Shown in pieces: positions 59,887 through 64,000 of a stretch of DNA of 64,000 nt. Source of the DNA: Tubiluchus corallicola (lineage: Eukaryota > Animalia > Priapulida); the NCBI GenBank assembly GCA_030141605.1, contig JAQGDQ010000460.1:62001-126000 (forward strand), read 5' to 3'. A program made the position numbers and the translations under genes. Within the stretch, counting starts at the first letter, position 1. Each line of letters begins with the position of its first letter. A model generated the notes under the pieces. The model made no database searches, was not told where the DNA came from, and saw only the letters and a program-made list of their open reading frames with translations.

Positions 59887-62800
59887 GAGCCAACTGGCAG
59901 AATATGTGAATAGTACATTGATCAACAAAACATTCATATGTGGTTCATGAGGTGTAAAAGAGAAAAATGTTTTAGAAACAGCGCTTGTAATAAAATAGAA
60001 TAACTGTGATTAAAGAAAAAATGGTTAGTTGCAGCACAAAGTCCTACTGCGTACTTTCTATAGAGAAAATGTGGAAAAACCTCTTGCAGAATTTTGTTTC
60101 ACTCCATTTTAAGACAATTGAGCTCTATGACTTTTCCACTTTCTGTTATTAAGCAGGTAATAATAAATAAAGAAAATAAAAAAGAGCAAACACACAGTGC
60201 AAATGTTCATCTGATTTTACTCCACGCTTAAAGAAAAACAAAAGGTCAAAGTGCTACCAGCATATTTAATACACAATTAAAATATTAAAATTGCCACACA
60301 ATGCAAACGAATAAACAGACTTTCTTGAAAAAAAATAACGATTTTGTGTGGGTTTTATTTTGACAAACAAACAAAGGCATCAAGTACTGCTTAGTAAATA
60401 TTTTATTGTTTGCGCACCATCATCACAGCACATGCCCCTTCGTCATTTTACTTTATATTTGACATGCATTGAGACGCCATTTCCCAAAATTATACATTTT
60501 ATCTGGAATGAAATGCAAATTCTTTTAATAAACTAATTGATTTCTTATCAAAATGTTAATTTTCGATTAAGTGAAATTAATCCGAGACTTTCAGTGAATA
60601 ACCAAATAAATTTAAACAAAATATACATACATCTTTGGCATCAAATCGTGAGTCACAGAGAATTTGTCAACGCGTCATCACTGCTTTGAACACATTGAAA
60701 CTTGAATGACAGGTATTTAAAACTAGGTCGCTAATATTGAAGCCAGATGTCACCACCTTACAAGTAAGAACAGGTAAGTTAACTTAATCTTATCAAAACG
60801 CACATTTAACTATTATTAGTTATATTGTAAGAATAAACTATTTTGGTTATTTAACAAACAAAAATCCTTTACAGATTTTTATCACCATCAAACAAATAGG
60901 ACTGAAGATCTTGCCATACGGTAGCCAAGTTCGCATGTTTCTATAAACATTCATTGGTAAATCAATTTACAATGCATTGCACATCCCCAAACATTTACAA
61001 ATTTAATTATTTGTAAAAGAAATTGTTATGCCATTGCGTTATAGACAGTGCAATTTTCTTCTACTGATCTTGATTTGCTCAAAAATAAGAGGGCCAATAA
61101 GAGGTCCAAATGATCACGAATTTAAAGTGATTAATTCTAATCACTAATTACACAAGATGCTTATTGCACATTTATTACCAGAAATTGCTAGCATTTTTGC
61201 CAAACGAATGCAACTCTTCTTTGCATGGAGCGTTGACCTTATTGCACATTGGACAAAAGTGGAAGCACACTATCTTGTGTGCTATGTGAAATTTGCTCAA
61301 CACAAGTACTTTTATATTAAATGAAGTGGATACAAAATACCCGTTTAACTTGTTGACCAAAAGTTTCTTTATTCTGAAATGCAATTATTAACATTTAGTT
61401 TAATTCGCATTGAGTAGAAGAAAATTTGTTGCATGATTAAATGTATTAAGAACTAAGAACTATGTACTATAACTAAGAACTGTAAACTATATTGAAATTA
61501 ATTAATAATAACGTAGGTTGTTAGAGCCTTTAACAGTTACAAAGACAGGAATGAGAACTCCAAGTAGCCTCAAGAACAACAATGTCACAATAATAAATTC
61601 GTAAGAAATTCACAGTCATAATGCCTAAGAAAAATAGAGCAATGACAGAGAGAACCAAAAGACTGGCAAAACATCATACAACTACTACAGCTATAGCTCA
61701 CGAAATTCCAAAATGCTAACGTATTGAAGGATATTAGGTGCTTCAATTTTAAAAGAGTGACTACTGTAAAAAGCTAAATACTTACTAAATGAACAAACAG
61801 GTGGCAGCACCGTGGCAGTAATTGAAACCTAAATTAAAACCAAAAAAGGGCCTATGCACCCACTACATTAAACATGACGTCAAGTCTGCTATCAGATAGT
61901 GCAAGGCAAGTAATCAGCTACTTCAAGAGTGGTAAATAAAGAAATGGAGAAATACATAAATAGTGTAAGGAAGAAGCAGTGTTGCCAGCTTGGGATTTTT
62001 AGCTCAATGTTCACTTTTTCTGAGCATGTGAAGTTAAAAATTTGTGGTTTTGAATGCTAGATTTTCTAGTACATTTTAGCTACCAACACGGATGATTGGA
62101 CTATTCACTTAGACGAAAACGAAATTATGAATTCACATTAATCAGTGAAACATAAAACAATGCATATTTTTGTGGGATTTTGCTTCATATCTGACGTCAG
62201 ACTTTGGGTCTAGTGTGAAAATACTTACAGACTCGTGCTCGATTAAAGGCCACCCCCCATTTGAGTCTGTTAAATGTCACTTCATATTTAACATCAGATG
62301 AACGAAGGGAAATGCCAAACTACATTAAGAATGCTAAAGAACAATAAACTGAGTTGAGTGCAGATTTAGACTGCCAGGGTTGAATTTCCTTATTCCAAAG
62401 TTTAAATTTAGGACTTTTCAGGCATGGACATGAACGGTTGAACTTTCAATTTGAATAAAAGGGTATTTTGATGTAAATTCACGTTAATTTGTGCAATACA
62501 TAATGACCACTCAGCTATTCACCTTGTCCTTAAAACCACCTTTACTGAGTTTCCATAAAACCATTTTCTAACTGTGGCTTACATGCGTGGGCCAAATACA
62601 GTGAAGAAAATATAAACATGCAGGAATGCGCTCCTAATGGCCTCCCACTAATGATGTTTGCTATACATTGTTGTCGCTTAATTGTGCGTATAAAAGCTAT
62701 TAGCTTTCAGTGGTGAGAGCAACAAAGTCAGTTGTCAGTTGGATGACGACAATTTTGCTAGGGATGTTGACTTTGACGCCAAATAAGTGATCCACACAAA

Positions 62801-63032
62801 AGCATGTGTTCCACACAATTTGATACATTTTTTCTACTTTGCTCAACTTGAAACTTGTGACTAGTGAGTAGACTTACAAATTTGGTCTATTCTAAACATT
62901 TAAAGAAAGCTGACGAAAATGTAACATTTGCATACTGAAAGTGCATTTAGTGTTTTTATATCAACGATATAAAGGATATTCAGGATACACTACTCAGTTG
63001 CTGTCAAAAGAGGCACAATAATTTCAAGCACA

Positions 63033-63884
63033 ATGGTTAATTTTACAGCAAATATGACACAGCAAGGAGAGCCAAAACAGCTGCGAACTACACAACTTTT
63101 TTTTATGTACTTGTATCTATTTACTGCTCTGGCCATAATTTGTGGCAATATGTTAGTTTTAGTAGCAGTTTATAAGTACACACAGTTCCAGACAAAAACG
63201 AATACGCTGATCGTGTCGCTAGCCGTGGCAGACTTATTAGTCGGACTAATGCTGCCTTCAGAAATTGCTCGTTTGAGAAAAGGAAATGCAATTTTAATTC
63301 GAGTAGGTCAGTTCATTATGGTGTCTTTGACAAATGTGAGCATAATACATCTATCTGTTATAGCTGCTGAAAGGTATCTGGCTGTTTTACATCCTTATAA
63401 ATATAACAGCTACATTACAGGAAAGACCATAGCTGGCTTAATTTGTGCTACCTGGTTTCTTGGGTTTGCTGCAGCCGGTCTAGTGGAAATACTATGCCTG
63501 ATTGAAGATACTTGTTTTGCAGCAGTTCTTGTGACTAGAATTCTAGTCTTTTATTTGTCAATAATCATACTGTCCATACTATACACAATAATATGGAAGG
63601 CTGCACGGAGGCAAGTGTTGAGAATTCATCAAGAAAATCCACAGACTAGTGTAAAGGTGGCAGAAATGAAAGCAACAAAGATGTTACTTGTGACCACTGT
63701 TGTATTCTTCATTTGCTGGGGACCTGTTTTCATAATTGCAAAAATAGATCCTTTTAAAAATGACCATTATACTTTACTCAGGCTTTGGTTTGGTTTCTCC
63801 AACAGTTTTGCCAATCCAATCATCTATGCCATAATGAACAACAAGTTTAGAGCAGCTTTCAAGAAAATCTGTTTGTGTAAATGA
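63033..63884 (+). CDS. Intronless class A GPCR, copy 2, 283 aa, paralogue of copy 1
   Basis: GNMLV, SLAVAD, AAERY, CWGP, NSFANPIIY, FRAAFKKICLCK*; N-glycosylation sequons NFT and NMT. Confidence 0.95.
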   Translation: MVNFTANMTQQGEPKQLRTTQLFFMYLYLFTALAIICGNMLVLVAVYKYTQFQTKTNTLIVSLAVADLLVGLMLPSEIARLRKGNAILIRVGQFIMVSLTNVSIIHLSVIAAERYLAVLHPYKYNSYITGKTIAGLICATWFLGFAAAGLVEILCLIEDTCFAAVLVTRILVFYLSIIILSILYTIIWKAARRQVLRIHQENPQTSVKVAEMKATKMLLVTTVVFFICWGPVFIIAKIDPFKNDHYTLLRLWFGFSNSFANPIIYAIMNNKFRAAFKKICLCK

Positions 63885-64000
63885 AGGCAAAGTTGAAATA
63901 CATACCAATTAGTGAGTACTGTGTTGATGAATAAGGCATCGCGGGTACGAAAAAACTAAAATAAATTTAAAGGTTTTTGAACAAAACATCAATGCTATTG

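Noticed and set aside
62229-62266. 38-nt minus-strand exon of the C2 gene between the GPCRs
   Set aside because: It has AG/GT boundaries, but the only frame ending in the required phase 2 contains a TAA stop.

Overview
AT-rich animal (probably invertebrate) genomic DNA with GT-AG spliceosomal introns; not prokaryotic, and no CRISPR or rRNA. I assembled four protein-coding genes by hand. (1) A minus-strand myotubularin MTMR3/4 pro-orthologue: 14 exons whose reading frames join across splice sites (24467->381), plus a likely start exon ending ATG-TCC-GTT-ATG|GT at 29570-29559. It encodes ~1029 aa: PH-GRAM, a phosphatase with intact HCSDGWDRT, a coiled coil and FYVE. The likely promoter is near 41.55 kb. 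(2) A 5'-incomplete minus-strand gene with 11 in-frame exons (56870->43422, ~565 aa) encoding two C2-like beta domains; I cannot name it with confidence. (3,4) Two paralogous intronless class A GPCRs on the plus strand (59062-59886, 63033-63884), probably nested antisense in an intron of gene 2. Their intracellular parts are near-identical and their extracellular parts strongly diverged. Introns hold many MITEs (hAT-, Tc1/pogo- and Kolobok-like, several with visible TSDs), LINE 3' remnants and at least nine unrelated minisatellites, mostly close to exons. All calls come from reading the sequence; no searches were run.
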